DNA of 63,922 nt, counting the filler, from Chiloscyllium plagiosum (Eukaryota): the NCBI RefSeq assembly GCF_004010195.1. It is 3 parts of one record of this genome, joined end to end, with 100 filler letters (N's around TTAATTAATTAA, not from the genome) between each part and the next. Parts side by side here need not be neighbours in the genome. Positions count along the whole stretch, not along the records: positions 1 to 24,606 come from NC_057713.1; 2 more parts are not named here. The stretch is one strand, 5' to 3'. Positions 1 to 11,879 of this stretch are shown in pieces. The position numbers and the translations under genes are program-made. The notes under the pieces were generated by a model. That model was not told the DNA's origin, searched no databases, and was given only the letters and a program-made list of their open reading frames with translations. Position 1 is the stretch's first letter; each line of letters opens with the position of its first letter.

Positions 1-113
1 GTTTCCTCCCACAGTCCAAAGATGTGCAGGTCAGGTGAATTGGGTGGGTTACTCTTCGGAGGGTGGGTTGGGCCGAAGGGCCTGTTTCCACACTGTAGGG
101 AATCTAATCTAAT
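1..113 (+). mobile_element. HE1 SINE (V-SINE), 3' part cut by window edge
   Basis: V-domain GTTTCCTCCCACAGTCCAAAGATGTGCAGG, HER1-like tail GGGCCGAAGGGCCTGTTTCCACACTGTAG, (AATCT)n end. Confidence 0.85.
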
Positions 114-282
114 TGAACTGAAGGACACTCTTCACCTCCATCATCAGAATTGAGAGTGTGATGCTGGAAAAGCACAGCAGTCAGGCAATAGGGAATCTAA
201 TCTAATTGAACTGAAGGACACTCTTCACCTCCATCATCAGAATTGAGAGTGTGATGCTGGAAAAGCACAGCAGGTCAGGCAA
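96..282. repeat. Tandem duplication, about 93-bp unit x2
   Basis: 96-188 and 189-282 are identical apart from one extra G; the unit spans the HE1 tail, a spacer and the start of a PLE terminal repeat. Confidence 0.9.
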
Positions 283-327
283 CATCCGAAGAGCGGGACA
301 ATCGACGTTTCAGGCAAAAGCTTCATT
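243..327 (-). mobile_element. Neptune-type PLE terminal repeat fragment
   Basis: GCTGGAAAAGCACAGCAGGTCAGGCAACATCCG...ATCGACGTTTCAGGCAAAAGCTTCAT; reverse complement of the repeat ending the PLE copy at 10735-11615. Confidence 0.75.
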
Positions 328-439
328 GGTCCAAGGCCAATATACCTTTCTGATTCTATGAAGTGATTCTAATGACAAAAAGGTTGTTGTATGAAGACAG
401 ATTGAGTTGAATAGATCGACATTCCAACAGTGAAAAAGA

Positions 440-795
440 ATGACATGTAACCTTTTTGAAATGTATAAAATTCTTAGAGATGCACTCCGAAAAACCATAT
501 CCCCATATGGGGAATCTAGAACACTGGGCACAGCCTCAGGATAAGGGACAGTCATTGAGGAGAAATGTCTTCACTCAAAGGATTGTGAATCTTTGGAATT
601 CTCTGCCCCAGAGGGTGGTGAAGGCTTCACCCTTAGGTTGATTCAAGGCTGGGATCTGGAGATTTTTGGTCCCAGGGAATCCCAGGGATATGGGAAGCGG
701 GTAGGAAAGTGGAATTGGAAATCAAGATCAGCGGTGATCATATTCAATGATGGGATAGTCTCAAGGGACTCAGTGGTCATCTTGTGTTTCTAAAC
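440..795 (+). mobile_element. CR1/HER1 LINE 3' end
   Basis: ORF2 C-terminal motif RRNVFTQRIVNLWNSLPQ followed by a degenerate CR1 3' UTR. Confidence 0.8.
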
Positions 796-1069
796 ACAAG
801 AGGAACAAAGGGCTAAATGGCCAAATCTTTTCCTATACTCTGGGAGTTTTCAGTTCTGACAAGTATGATTTCTTGTTTCATGACGAACCATCAATAAATT
901 ATATTGTACAATCTTTCATTAGCCTTCTACATTCAGAAATAATATTGAGCTAAGCTTTTGAGATCACTTTAAAATCTATCCACGTTTAGCTTGAACTTGA
1001 ATGGTGAATGATAATCATTCACAGCACTCTGCCACTGAGATTGCCAAAGATTTATCGCCATGTTTATAC

Positions 1070-1569
1070 NNNNNNNNNNNNNNNNNNNNNNNNNNNNNNN
1101 NNNNNNNNNNNNNNNNNNNNNNNNNNNNNNNNNNNNNNNNNNNNNNNNNNNNNNNNNNNNNNNNNNNNNNNNNNNNNNNNNNNNNNNNNNNNNNNNNNNN
1201 NNNNNNNNNNNNNNNNNNNNNNNNNNNNNNNNNNNNNNNNNNNNNNNNNNNNNNNNNNNNNNNNNNNNNNNNNNNNNNNNNNNNNNNNNNNNNNNNNNNN
1301 NNNNNNNNNNNNNNNNNNNNNNNNNNNNNNNNNNNNNNNNNNNNNNNNNNNNNNNNNNNNNNNNNNNNNNNNNNNNNNNNNNNNNNNNNNNNNNNNNNNN
1401 NNNNNNNNNNNNNNNNNNNNNNNNNNNNNNNNNNNNNNNNNNNNNNNNNNNNNNNNNNNNNNNNNNNNNNNNNNNNNNNNNNNNNNNNNNNNNNNNNNNN
1501 NNNNNNNNNNNNNNNNNNNNNNNNNNNNNNNNNNNNNNNNNNNNNNNNNNNNNNNNNNNNNNNNNNNNN
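1070..1569. other. Assembly gap (500 N)
   Basis: Run of N. Confidence 1.
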
Positions 1570-1806
1570 CACCTTCATCCCCTCCCCCACTCACCCATTG
1601 TACTCTATGCTACTTTCCCCCCACTCCCACCCTCCTCTAGCTTATCTCTCCACGCTTCAGGCTCACTGCCTTTATTCCTGATGAAGGGCTTTTGCCTGAA
1701 ACGTCGATTTTACTGCTGCTCGGATGCTGCCTGACCTGCTGTGCTTTTCCAGCACCACTCTAATCTAGACTCTGGTTGCCGGCATCTGCAGCCCTTGTTT
1801 TTACCT
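1570..1806 (+). mobile_element. Neptune-type PLE 3' end with hammerhead-bearing terminal repeat
   Basis: C-rich 3' region matching 11400-11500, then ATTCCTGATGAAGGGCTTTTGCCTGAAACGTCGATT...CATCTGCAGCCCTTGTTTTTACC. Confidence 0.8.
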
Positions 1807-2720
1807 TATGACTGCATCTGAGTGAAGATGTTTCTCCTCATTTCGGCCCAAAATGGTTGATCTGAGGTGAGACGTCGGCAGAAGGCAAGGAGCGTGTGGC
1901 AAATAAAGGAGGAGCAGATGAAGGCTGTGGTCCTTAGGTCCCTTCTGCTCTCTGTAAATAAGTAACAAAGCTATAAGATATTCATGAGATTATCTATCAT
2001 GAGATCACTGGTGATCGAAGCACGTAGAGGAGGAATCAAGTGAAGTTTATGTTAACAATGGCTTTGACTAAGAGCGCTGGCCTTACATAAATAAATCATT
2101 CTCTCTGGAAAGACGTTCGAAGATACTCTTGTCTTGGCCTGTTGCTTTGAGAGATGCTAAAAAGCCATTTGTACATCTGTATTTATGACTGCTGGGTAAA
2201 AAAGGCACTTCCTGTAGCTACATTTGCTTTTCATTGGCCTTATTTTGGCTGGTGTACATTCCCAACTGGGAAGCAATCTGCAAAAGAGAATCTATTTTGC
2301 CAATAATAAATAAAGTCGTGTCGAGCAAGTGATACTCACAGAAAGCCTTACGGGAAATGACGCTTGTGTTGATGTGTGACAGCAATATATTACTAATGCC
2401 TCTTTTGCTTATATTTAGTCCTTACGGAATTCAGGAAGCAAATACCAAGGACAGCAATATTGTTATTGCTTCTGCTGCTGTGTTATTGACACGCAACTTA
2501 AAGATGGCCTAAGTGTGTACAATGTGGTTCCAAATGGAATTAACCTTTCCTGGAGTCAGATTGATCCTCTCTGAGGCCCATCATTGCTTAATACCGTTTG
2601 GTTCAAGCGGGGAAATCAGCAATAAATGAAGTGTAAACAGTCCTGCCACCGCAGTTGAATGTCTCTGCAGTTCACTGTATTCGTGCTTGGGAACTCTTGC
2701 TGAAACCAACATGGGAAGCC

Positions 2721-2812
2721 TTCACCTGAGGAAGGAGCAGCGCTCCAAAAGCTTGTGATTTAAAAAAAACCTATTGGACTATAGCCTGGTGTGGTGTGAC
2801 TTCTGACCTTGT
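2721..2812 (+). mobile_element. PLE-like terminal repeat, family 3 (GGAGC stem-II hammerhead)
   Basis: TCAC-CTGAGGA-A-GGAGC-AGC-GCTCC-aAAAGCTT-GTGA then CCTATTGGACTATAGCCTGGTG; related copies at 3588-3726, 39692-39880 and 41810-42022. Confidence 0.65.
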
Positions 2813-2914
2813 TTACTCTCTTCACTTTGGAGTAGGTTGTTTGTCACCTCTGACTCAACCTTTCCTCATGAAATAAGCCAGAACAATGTCCACTTCTTAA
2901 AGCCATACTATTGC

Positions 2915-3002
2915 CAGACACTGGACTCAAAATATTAACTCTGCTTTCTGTCCACAGATGCTACCAGACCTGCTGAGTTTCTCCAGCAATTTCTGCCTTT
3001 GT
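2915..3002 (+). mobile_element. PLE terminal repeat, family 4 (partial)
   Basis: GGACTCAAAATATTAACTCTG...CACAGATGCTACCAGACCTGCTGAGTTTCTCCAGCA; same family as 6741-6860 and 14845-14940. Confidence 0.6.
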
Positions 3003-3587
3003 ACCAGCATGAACCAGTTGGGCTGAATGGCCTGCTTTTGTGCCGTGAAATGTCACATAAATTTAATGTTTATTGGCAGATGATGCTGATTCAAGTCAAT
3101 CATTTATTGGACCACAGTGATGTAGGATAATGATTTAATTATTAGCAGTTATCTCTGTTTAATGTGATTGAGATTCGTAATTATGATTAATGCAAAAAGA
3201 GATGCCATCCTACAGGGTTGTACTGATCTGAAATTTGAATTAATGGAATTTTAAAGATCTCTATTTAAGATTAGGAAGCAAACATAAATCATTTTCGATA
3301 AGGATTTAAGATCAGGTCATCTTAATATTTTGTAAATTCAAAAAGAAATTATTGCAAATGTTAACCAGGTGCTGGAAATTATTAACAGTGTGATTCAGGG
3401 AGATAAATTTCTTGCTTTCAGTTTAATAATTGTACAATCCCTCTCGAATTAAATAGTAAAAATAAGAGTTATCTGTTATTTAATGTTCCACTGACCAGCA
3501 GTGTTCCAATCACGACAAAATTTAGAAATATATGTTCCTGTTTGCAAAATGTTTGACTTTTGATATGATGGCATAGTCATAGAATCA

Positions 3588-3726
3588 GGTTTATTTAAAA
3601 TCACAAGCTTTCAGAGTGCTGCTCCTTTGTCAGGTCTGACCTGGTGAAGAGGCAACGCTCCGAAAGCTTGTGTCATGTGACTTCTGGCTTTGCCACCCCA
3701 GTCCAACACCGGCACCTCCACATCAT
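3588..3726. mobile_element. Fold-back (inverted) pair of family 3 PLE-like repeats
   Basis: TCACAAGCTTTCAGAGTGCTGCTCCTTTGTCAGG (minus) abuts CCTGGTGAAGAGGCAACGCTCCGAAAGCTTGTG (plus). Confidence 0.65.
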
Positions 3727-3825
3727 CGTTGTGGAATGACAGAATTGTTATGGTGGAGGCTATTTGGCCCATCGCCCCACCCCGGTGAGTATAGGACATG
3801 ATAGTAAAGAGAGTATACAATATGT

Positions 3826-4070
3826 AGTTGCATTTATATAGCGACTTGCAAAATCTCAGGGTGTCCCATACAGCCAGTGAAATGCCTTACAAGTGTAGAC
3901 ATTGTTGCAGTGGAGCAATGAACAGTTCAGCTGCCTCTTTTTGCAGTGATGACTAAGGCATATCCATTGACCAGGAGACCAGAGAAAACTCCCTCCTCTT
4001 CCCTGGATTCTGCTGTGGGATCTCATACATCCCATGAGGACAGACTAGAATTAGTTTATTACTTCAAGGC
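3826..4070 (-). mobile_element. Deu-SINE (SacSINE1/AmnSINE-like) relic with L2-type tail
   Basis: TTGCATTTATATAGCG is the reverse of an L2-type tail; AGAAAACTCCCTCCTCTTCCCTGGATTCTGCTGTGGGATCTCATACATCCC resembles the reversed Deu-SINE core. Confidence 0.55.
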
Positions 4071-4214
4071 AGGGTAGTGTCAGTTTGCTCATTTAGCTGG
4101 ACGGTTGGTTTGTAATGCAAAGTGATGCCAACAGTGTCACTGGCAAGGTCAGCCTCTGATGCCCGTCATTAACTACCCTTGGGCCAAGTGTCCACTTGGG
4201 CGAAGTGGCCTGTT

Positions 4215-4340
4215 AGGGCATTTCAGGGGGCAGTTAAGAGTTAACCACATCGCTGTGGATCTGGAGCCATGTGTAGGCCAAACCAGGTGAGGACGGTAGA
4301 TCTCCCTCCCCTGAAGAACATTAATGAATCAGATGGGCTT
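4215..4340 (-). mobile_element. tRNA-SINE body (family B), fragment
   Basis: Reverse of CCATCTGGTTCACTAA...GAAGGAAATCTGCCATCC...GGCCTACATGTGACTCCAGA, as seen at 25810-25925. Confidence 0.6.
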
Positions 4341-4351
4341 GGCTTTAAGGA

Positions 4352-4560
4352 GATTGGTTAGCTCAGTTGGTTGGATGGCCAGCTTGTAATGTGTAGTGCT
4401 ACACCAACAGAATGGGTTTGATTTCAGCACTGACTGAGATTACACGCACAGGGTTTCCCTCTCAAACTCTCCCCTCACCTGAGGCAAGGTGACCCTCAGG
4501 TTAAACCACCACAAGTTCTCTCTGTCTAATGGAAGTGAGTAGCCCTGTGGTCTGGTAGCT
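4352..4560 (+). mobile_element. tRNA-derived SINE, family C (non-HE1)
   Basis: A-box-like TTAGCTCAGTTGG, degenerate B box, core CCTGAGGCAAGGTGACCCTCAGGTTAAACCACCAC; further copies at 20455-20965 and 46135-46342 (minus). Confidence 0.65.
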
Positions 4561-5027
4561 TTCATACCCCCTGGGCTTGCCATCCCTACTACAACTAAAC
4601 CTCCCTTTTAGTTTTTTTTTGCTCCTTCCCCATTCACTGACTCCTCACTTTGCTAAACCCTTTTGAATTCGAAGCTTTGGTATTTGTAATGAAAGGACAG
4701 GAAATTTACACATTAACCGTGGTTCTCCTGGGTCTGGAGACGCTTGGCCTCCAAACACTTCAAAGCACCTTCCTTTCTGCAAGGTCTGTCTCCAAATCCC
4801 TGGAATGTAACCCCCTGGTTTGAATTGACTTGTATTTAACACGGTTGACAAGCTCCAGAACCATGGTCACAGCCTCAGACTCAAAGGTGGGCTAAGATGA
4901 AGAGGAACCTCTTCAATCAGAAGGTGAGGAATCTTTGGAGTTCGCTACACCAAAGGGGAATTGAATCTCATTCATCGAGTATGTTCAAGGCACAGATCGA
5001 TTTTGACATAGCAAGAGGTAAGTGCCT

Positions 5028-5133
5028 ATGGCAAGTGGAGAGGTTCAAGAAGGCAGCTCACCACCACCTTCTCAAGGGCAACTAGAGATGGACAATAAAT
5101 GCTGATCTAGCCAGTGATGCCCACGTCCCATGC
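5028..5133 (+). mobile_element. 3' end of second CR1-like LINE family (LINE-B)
   Basis: GGTTCAAGAAGGCAGCTCACCACCACCTTCTCAAGGGCAACTAG...AATAAATGCTG; repeated at 8805-8995, 25995-26220, 39230-39545, 43200-43340 and 62980-63090. Confidence 0.7.
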
Positions 5134-5484
5134 AGTAGCACTGGGCAATGGAGTCAATATAGAAGATCGGCTAGATGGCTTGTTTGTGATGGAGAGTGAC
5201 ACCAAAGATACAGGGTCACTACTGGTAATCACAAAATCGAGCCAATGAAATAGTTTCACATATGACTTGGCCTGGTTGCAATCGAATTATTCAACTGAGC
5301 AAACAGCCTGTGTTTTTATACTCTGACAAAGAAATTAATGATCCAGGAGGGACTTTTGTCCTAATTTCTCTGTCTCAGATTTGTTCAACTATCAGGACCC
5401 ACAAATTACATACAGTCCATTTTGAGCAGTTTGAAATTACTATGATCTCTCCTGAATAACTTTTTTTTGCTTAATTCTCTAATT

Positions 5485-5650
5485 AGCTCAGGCCTGCACT
5501 GATAGGTGGTAAATAACAGTCATGCCACACATGTGCCAGTTACTGACCATCTGTAACAAGAGAGAATCACCTCTTGACCCCCAATGGTGTTACCATCACT
5601 GAATCCCCCCGTTATCAACATCGTTGGGTTTTTATGGGCCAGAAGCTGAA
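5485..5650 (+). mobile_element. LINE-B RT C-terminal fragment
   Basis: Degenerate coding remnant: QACTDRW..TVMPHMCQLLTICNKRESPLDP/NGVTITESP. Confidence 0.55.
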
Positions 5651-5654
5651 CGAG

Positions 5655-5786
5655 ACGAGCAGATGCTGGAATTCTGACTCAAACACAGAGAATGTTGGAG
5701 AAACTCAGCAGCTCTGGCAGCACTGTGGAGAGAGAGAGAGACAGAGAGCTAATACTTCATGTCTGATATGATTCTTCTTTAGAACT
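5655..5786 (-). mobile_element. PLE terminal repeat, family 4
   Basis: GCAGATGCTGGA...GGAGAAACTCAGCAGCTCTGGCAGCA...ATTCTTCTTTAGAACT. Confidence 0.6.
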
Positions 5787-5874
5787 AAGAGAGTTAGGAG
5801 GCTTGTTGCAAATGGTTCTTCAATAACCTCCTTGATCCATTTCTCCTTTCAAATTGGCGATTAAAGATGCAGAA

Positions 5875-6380
5875 CATAATACTATAAGATATAGGAGCAA
5901 ACTGAGGCCATTTCGCTCATCGAGTCTGCTCTGCCATTTGACCATGACTAATATGTTCCTCAATCCCATTCTCCTGCCTTCTCCCCATAAACCTTGATCC
6001 CCTTACCAATTAAAAATCTATCTATCTCTGTCTTAAATAGAAAGAATTGATCTCCACAGCCCTCAGTGAAAATGAGTCCCACAGAGACACCACCCTCTGG
6101 CTGAAGAATTTCCTCCTCATCTCAGTTGTAAAGTGTCATCCCTTCACTCTGAGACTGTGCCCGTGGGTCCTAGTCTCTCTGACTAGTGGAAACATCTTCT
6201 CTACATTCATTTTATCCAGGCCTCTTAGTATTCTGTAAGCTTCAATCAGATCCCTCCCCCCCCTCATCCTTCCAACCTCAATCAAGTACAGACCTCAACC
6301 AATCCTCATATGACAAGGCCTTCATCCCTGGGATCAATCTTGTAAATATTCTCTGAACCCTCTCCAGTACACCCTTCCTA
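5875..6380 (-). mobile_element. CR1/HER1 LINE 3' end
   Basis: Reverse-strand MRRKFFSQRVV motif and CR1 3' UTR (GGCCATTTCG...GAGTCTGCTC). Confidence 0.8.
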
Positions 6381-6740
6381 ATTAGAATTCGGTATTTATT
6401 GTCACATGTACTCAGTTACAATGATGCAGGAGGACAGTGAAAAGTGTTCGAAGTCACCATTCTCACCAGTGACATCTTAGGTACAAAAAACTCAGAATTA
6501 ACAAAAACTGACACCTTAGATACAAAACCAAGCAGCCATCACAATATTCCAAATAAGGTGAGGGTTCTGTTAGGCCTTGCTGTAACCAACCCCTGGGGAA
6601 AGATGCAGTGAGGTATGCTGACATTAAGAGTGTTCGATCATGAGCATGGATCTATCATATTTCTCACCAGGTCCCTATTGAGACTCCACCCATCGCTTCC
6701 CGTCCAAAGACTCTCCTTCAGAGTACATCATCTCCTTCAT

Positions 6741-6860
6741 ATCTGATAAAGAGTCATGCTGGGCTTGAAATGTTAACTCGGTTTCTCTCTGCCAGACCTG
6801 CCAAGTTTCTCCAGCATTTTCTGCTTTCATTTCAGATCTCCAGCATCCACAGTACTTTTC
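6741..6860 (+). mobile_element. PLE terminal repeat, family 4, with decayed hammerhead
   Basis: CTGATAA-A-GAGTC-ATGCTG-GGCTT-GAAATGTT-AAC then CCAGACCTGCC...TCCAGCATCCACAG. Confidence 0.6.
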
Positions 6861-6924
6861 CTTTCTGGTTACATGACGCCACCATCAGAGACTGTCCTGT
6901 CTAACTTCTCAGTGCATCAAACCA

Positions 6925-7090
6925 CCACCTTCTTCCAGAGGGAACCGAGCTCCAAGGTGAAAGAGAGACACCTGCCAATGATGGAGTGGTTAAAACCAGG
7001 GAAGGCTGGAATGGGAGCAGGGTGGAGGTTCCTGAGGGTTTCAAGTCGTTGGAGGGATAGGGAGAAGCTGGGGCTTTGCAAGACCATACC
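6925..7090 (-). mobile_element. L2-clade LINE ORF2 C-terminal relic
   Basis: Minus-strand translation PAFPGFNHSIIGRCLSFTLELGSLWK resembles the L2 C-terminal IP.F..S.IG.RAFS...P.LWN. Confidence 0.4.
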
Positions 7091-7304
7091 AGCCACAGCG
7101 ACTGTTGTCCATAATAGGCAATCATCAGCCATTTAGTGCTCGAGATTATTGTCCAATGTCTGTGTCATTGTGAGTGCAGACTAACTGGGTAATCACATAG
7201 TGTTCCAATCACATCCTACACAATGTCCACACCGTACACAGCAGCTAAGGAGCAGGATATAGTGATGGCTGTCAGTGGGTGGTATGGGGAAAGGAAGAAA
7301 CTGT

Positions 7305-7920
7305 CCCACTCCGTTTCCCTTCTCCTCTCCCTCCTTTTGCTCCCCCCTTCTTTCCCCTTCCCTCCTCCTCTTCCTCTTGTCCTCCCAGCCTATCCCTTCC
7401 CCCCTCCCTTTCTCCTTCCCCTCCTCTCCCTCTTCCTTCCCCTTCTCCCATCTCCTTCATCNNNNNNNNNNNNNNNNNNNNNNNNNNNNNNNNNNNNNNN
7501 NNNNNNNNNNNNNNNNNNNNNNNNNNNNNNNNNNNNNNNNNNNNNNNNNNNNNNNNNNNNNNNNNNNNNNNNNNNNNNNNNNNNNNNNNNNNNNNNNNNN
7601 NNNNNNNNNNNNNNNNNNNNNNNNNNNNNNNNNNNNNNNNNNNNNNNNNNNNNNNNNNNNNNNNNNNNNNNNNNNNNNNNNNNNNNNNNNNNNNNNNNNN
7701 NNNNNNNNNNNNNNNNNNNNNNNNNNNNNNNNNNNNNNNNNNNNNNNNNNNNNNNNNNNNNNNNNNNNNNNNNNNNNNNNNNNNNNNNNNNNNNNNNNNN
7801 NNNNNNNNNNNNNNNNNNNNNNNNNNNNNNNNNNNNNNNNNNNNNNNNNNNNNNNNNNNNNACCCTCCCTTTCCTCTCCCCCCCCACCCCAGCTCCCTCG
7901 ACCCCTCCCCCTCCTTCGCC
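7305..7920. repeat. Polypyrimidine (CT-rich) low-complexity tract flanking a 400-N gap (7462-7861)
   Basis: Nearly pure C/T on both sides of the gap. Confidence 0.85.
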
Positions 7921-8194
7921 ACTGTGCCCAGTTATGATTCCTGCTCGGGAAATGGGAGTTTATGCACCTTGGGCTCATTAATCGCAATGAAGATGATTTT
8001 CAGAACTAGAGACTGTGTGGTGGACCCATCAGGATCCTTCAGTAAGCATCATGGTTAGACATCAGTGACATCAACTTCGAATGTGATGGACTTCAATCAG
8101 GAATTGAAGCAGGTGTCAGGGAATGGGAAGGGCCATGCTGGTTTGTGAGGGGTGACTGTAGACCGAGTGTTCCCTCAGTAAATGTGGGTAATCC

Positions 8195-8375
8195 ACACCA
8201 GCTTTTATATTCAAGGCTGAGATAGATTTTTAATCAGGAAGGGGAACCAAGGGTTATGGGGGAAAGGCAGGAAGGTAGAGTTGAGGATTATCAGGTCCGC
8301 CATGATCTCATTGAATATTGGAGCAGACTCGATGGGCTGAATGGCCTACCTCCGCATCTGTGACTTTTGACCTTA
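8195..8375 (+). mobile_element. CR1/HER1 3' tail
   Basis: TATATTCAAGGCTGAGATAGATT...GGAGCAGACTCGATGGGCTGAATGGCCTAC. Confidence 0.75.
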
Positions 8376-8804
8376 CATCCATAGTGTGTCTTCGTGCAGA
8401 ATGCTTTTGGGGACTGCTTTGCAGCAGTCATGAAAGGTGCTACGTAAATTCCAGTCTCTCTTTCTATAATGGAAGGTGAAGGTGACTTGGCTTGTCATTG
8501 CACATAAGGCTTGGCACTTCAAACCTCTCAGCAGCCTTTCAAGACTTCAGCGTGGTGTTCGCCAAGATTACAATGCCAAATTTCAGGGTGCAGCTTGTAT
8601 CGTAACATTCTGACTGCCACTACTCGAGCCAAAACAATTTAATTTTTAAGATTAATGCCAAGTTACATTAAGCTAAGTTTTCTATTTAGCTTCCCAGGCA
8701 TTAAGTTCCGTAAGTCCCTCCATAAACCTTCTCCAACAAACCTTCCACTTTTAAGAAACCCTGTCAAATCCAGTTCTTTTTTTCACGGGACACGGCTGTC
8801 ACTG

Positions 8805-8995
8805 ACATCCTTCCCGTTCCTTCACTGTCACTGGGTCAGAATCCTGGAATTCCCTCCCTAAGGGCATTGTGGGTCTACCTACAGCACACGGACTGCAGCG
8901 GTTCAAGAAGGCAGCTCACCCCCACCTTCTCAAGGTGGCAACTAGGGACGGGCAGTAAATGCTGGGCCCGGCCAGCGACTCTCAGACCCCAAGAG
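8805..8995 (+). mobile_element. LINE-B 3' end
   Basis: GGGTCAGAATCCTGGAATTCCCTCCCTAAGGGC...AAGGCAGCTCACCCCCACCTTCTCAAGG. Confidence 0.7.
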
Positions 8996-9231
8996 TAAGT
9001 AAGTAAACAAAAGAAACAAGGTACCTTTCCCTTGCTTGTTTGTTCCCAGGATTTTGTCGTAAAACCATCATCTCCCAAACTACTTGCGTCAGTAACCTTA
9101 GTGTTACATTTCTGTTTGATTACCTTCGGGATTTTAGAGTCTTCAGGATATGTTTTGTGTTGTTCAAGTACAGTCAGTTCCAATGAGGTAAATTCCCAAA
9201 TGCAAATATACATATAAGGCAAGAAGACCAG

Positions 9232-10690
9232 GGGAACATGGAACAGTAGGCCATTCGGCCCCTCAAGCTTGCTCGACCATTCACTAGGATCATCGCTGAT
9301 CCGATATTCCTCACACCCACCTTCCTGCCCTTTCCCTTGATTCCCAGACTGATCTGGAATCTATCGGTCTCAGCCTTAAATATACACAAGGACTCTGCCC
9401 CCACAGCTCTCTGGGGCAAGGAGTTCCAAAGACACTCAACCCTTTGAGAGAAGAAATTCCTCCTCATCTCAGTCAGAAATTGGTGCCCCTTTACTCTGAG
9501 ACTGTACCCTCGGGTCCTCGAACCTCCCTCTTCCACATCTTCCATGTCAAGTCTCCTAAGGAGCTTATACGTCTCAATCTTCTAAACTCTAGTGAGTACA
9601 GGATAAACTTCTCAAGAAAATGCCCCTTTTACCCAAGATCATCTGAATGAACTCTTTGTGGGATGCCTCCAACATCAGAATGCCTTCACTTAGATAAGAG
9701 ATCCAAAACTATTCACAGTATTCCAGCTGGGGTCTGACCAGTCTTTTGTACAATTTCGGCAGGACTTTCCTACTATCTTCCCTTGGAAATAAAGATCAAC
9801 ACTATATTTGCTTTCCCTGTTACACATGTTTCATGGATGAAGATTCCCAAATCCTTCTGTCCTGTCACTTTCTGCAATCTGCCCCTATTTCATGCATGGC
9901 ACGGTGGCTCAGTGGTTAGCACCGCTGCCTCACAGCGCCAGGGACCCGGGTTTGATTCCAGCCTCAGGCGACTGTCTGTATGGGGTTTGTACATTCTGCT
10001 GGGCGGTCTGGCTTCTTCCCACAGTCAAAGGATGTGCAAGTTAGGCCGACTGGTTGTGTTAAATTGCCCATAGCGTTCAGAAATGTGCAGGCTATAGGTG
10101 AGTTAGCCCTGGGAAGTATAGAGGGCTGAGTCTGGGTGGGAGGCTGCTTGGTGTGGTTCTGTTAGGCCAGGTGGTCTATTTCCACACTGCAGGGATTCTA
10201 TGATTTAAATAATAGTCAGCTCCTCTGGTCCTCCTGCCAAAGTGCATGGCCTCACATTTCCCCACATTATATTCCACCTACAAGTTATTTTTTCCCACTC
10301 ACTTAACCTGCCTAGACCTCTCTGCAGGCTCCTTGTCCCATTCTCACCGTGAGCCTTTCCACGTATTTGTGTTATTTATAAACTTGGCAATAGAACGCTT
10401 ATTTCCCATCATTCAAGTCCTGAATGTATATTGTAAATAATTCTGGCCCCAGCTATGATCCTTGTCAGGCATCTCTAGTTACACACACCCATCCGATAAA
10501 ATTTCTGTTTTATCCCAACTTCAGTTTATTAGGCAAGCCTAGAACTGTGCTAATGTACTACCCAAACACCATCAGCTTTTCTCATATTAAGTAGACTAAT
10601 GTGTAGCACCTTATCTCACACTTTCTGAAAATCCAAATATGTAACATCTACTGGTTCAGAAGAACATTAATAAATTTGTTAGGATTAATA
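9232..10690 (-). mobile_element. CR1 LINE fragment interrupted by an HE1 SINE
   Basis: MRRNFFSQRVECLWNSLPQRAV at 9174-9545; RT motifs (KCEAMHFGR, DVTYLDFQK) continue at 10205-10690. Confidence 0.8.
9897..10205 (+). mobile_element. HE1 SINE
   Basis: TGGCACGGTGGCTCAGTGGTTAGCAC tRNA head, V-domain remnant, GGATTCTATGATT tail. Confidence 0.85.
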
Positions 10691-10734
10691 GTCTTGTGAT
10701 AATACCACTAGGCCATTACCTCCCCAGGCAATAA

Positions 10735-11615
10735 GCGTGCTACATTCTTTAAAGACCGAAATTTCCCCTCCCCCGTGGTTGAAGATGCACTCCAACCCAT
10801 CTCATCCATATCCTGCACTTCCGCCCTCAAACCCCACCCCTCCAACCGCAAAAAGGACAGAAACCCCCTGGTCCTCACCTTCCACCCTACCAACCTTCGC
10901 ATTAACCATATCATCCGCCGATATTTCCGCCACCTCCAAACGGACCCCACCACCAGGGATATATTTCCCTCCCCACCCCTTTCCGCCTTCCACAAAGGTC
11001 AATACCTCCGTGACTACCTGGCCAGGTCCACGCCCTCCTACAATCCACCCTCCCATCCTGGCACCTTCCCCTGCCACCGCAGGAACAGCAAAACCTGCGC
11101 CCACACCTCCTCCCTCACCTCCATCCAAGGCCCTAAAGGAGCCTTCCACATCNNNNNNNNNNNNNNNNNNNNNNNNNNNNNNNNNNNNNNNNNNNNNNNN
11201 NNNNNNNNNNNNNNNNNNNNNNNNNNNNNNNNNNNNNNNNNNNNNNAGGGCAGCAATGTGGACTTCACCAGTTTCCTCATTTCCCTTCCCCCTACCTTAT
11301 CCTAGTTCCAACTTTCTAGCTCAGCACCATCCTCATGACCTGCCCTACCTGCCCATCTTCCTTCCCACCTACTTGCTCCACCCTCCCCTCCGATCTATCA
11401 CCTTCACCCCCTCCTCCATCCACCTATTGCACTCTTAGCTACCTTCTCCCAGCCCCATCTCCCCTCCCATTTATCTCTCAACCCCCAAGGCTCCCAGCCT
11501 CATTCCTGATGAAGGGTTCTGGCCTGAAACGTCGATTCTCCTGCTCCTCGGATGCAGCCTGACCTGCTGTGCTTTTCCAGCAATGCACTCTCAAATCTGA
11601 TCTGCAGGCCTCACT
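10735..11615 (+). mobile_element. Neptune-type PLE, 5'-truncated (RT thumb, Cys-rich linker, pLTR)
   Basis: PLVLTFHPTNLRINHIIRRYFRHLQTDPTTRDIFPSPP...PGTFPCHRRNSKTCAH; 94-N gap (11153-11246) over the GIY-YIG region; GSNVDFTSF end and hammerhead repeat at 11502-11540. Confidence 0.8.
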
Positions 11616-11879
11616 TTTTCCAGTGTTACATCAGCAGTCTTCCTATTCTTGGAAGATCACTACCAGTTTATCCACTGTTTCTGTAGCTACTTCCTTTAAT
11701 ATCCTGGTATGCATTCCATCAGATCCAGGTGACTTAACGGACTTCATCCCATTAGTTTCCCGAACCCTTTTTCTCCAGTGATAGTTATTATGTTAATTTC
11801 CACTACCCCTTTAGCCCCTAATTTAGTGTTTTTGAAACAACTCCCCTACTGTTTGCTACTGCAATGACTAAAGTATTGG

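Noticed and set aside
1001..1734. Long ORFs of 176-259 aa here and at 7223-8058
   Set aside because: They are open only because they cross N runs
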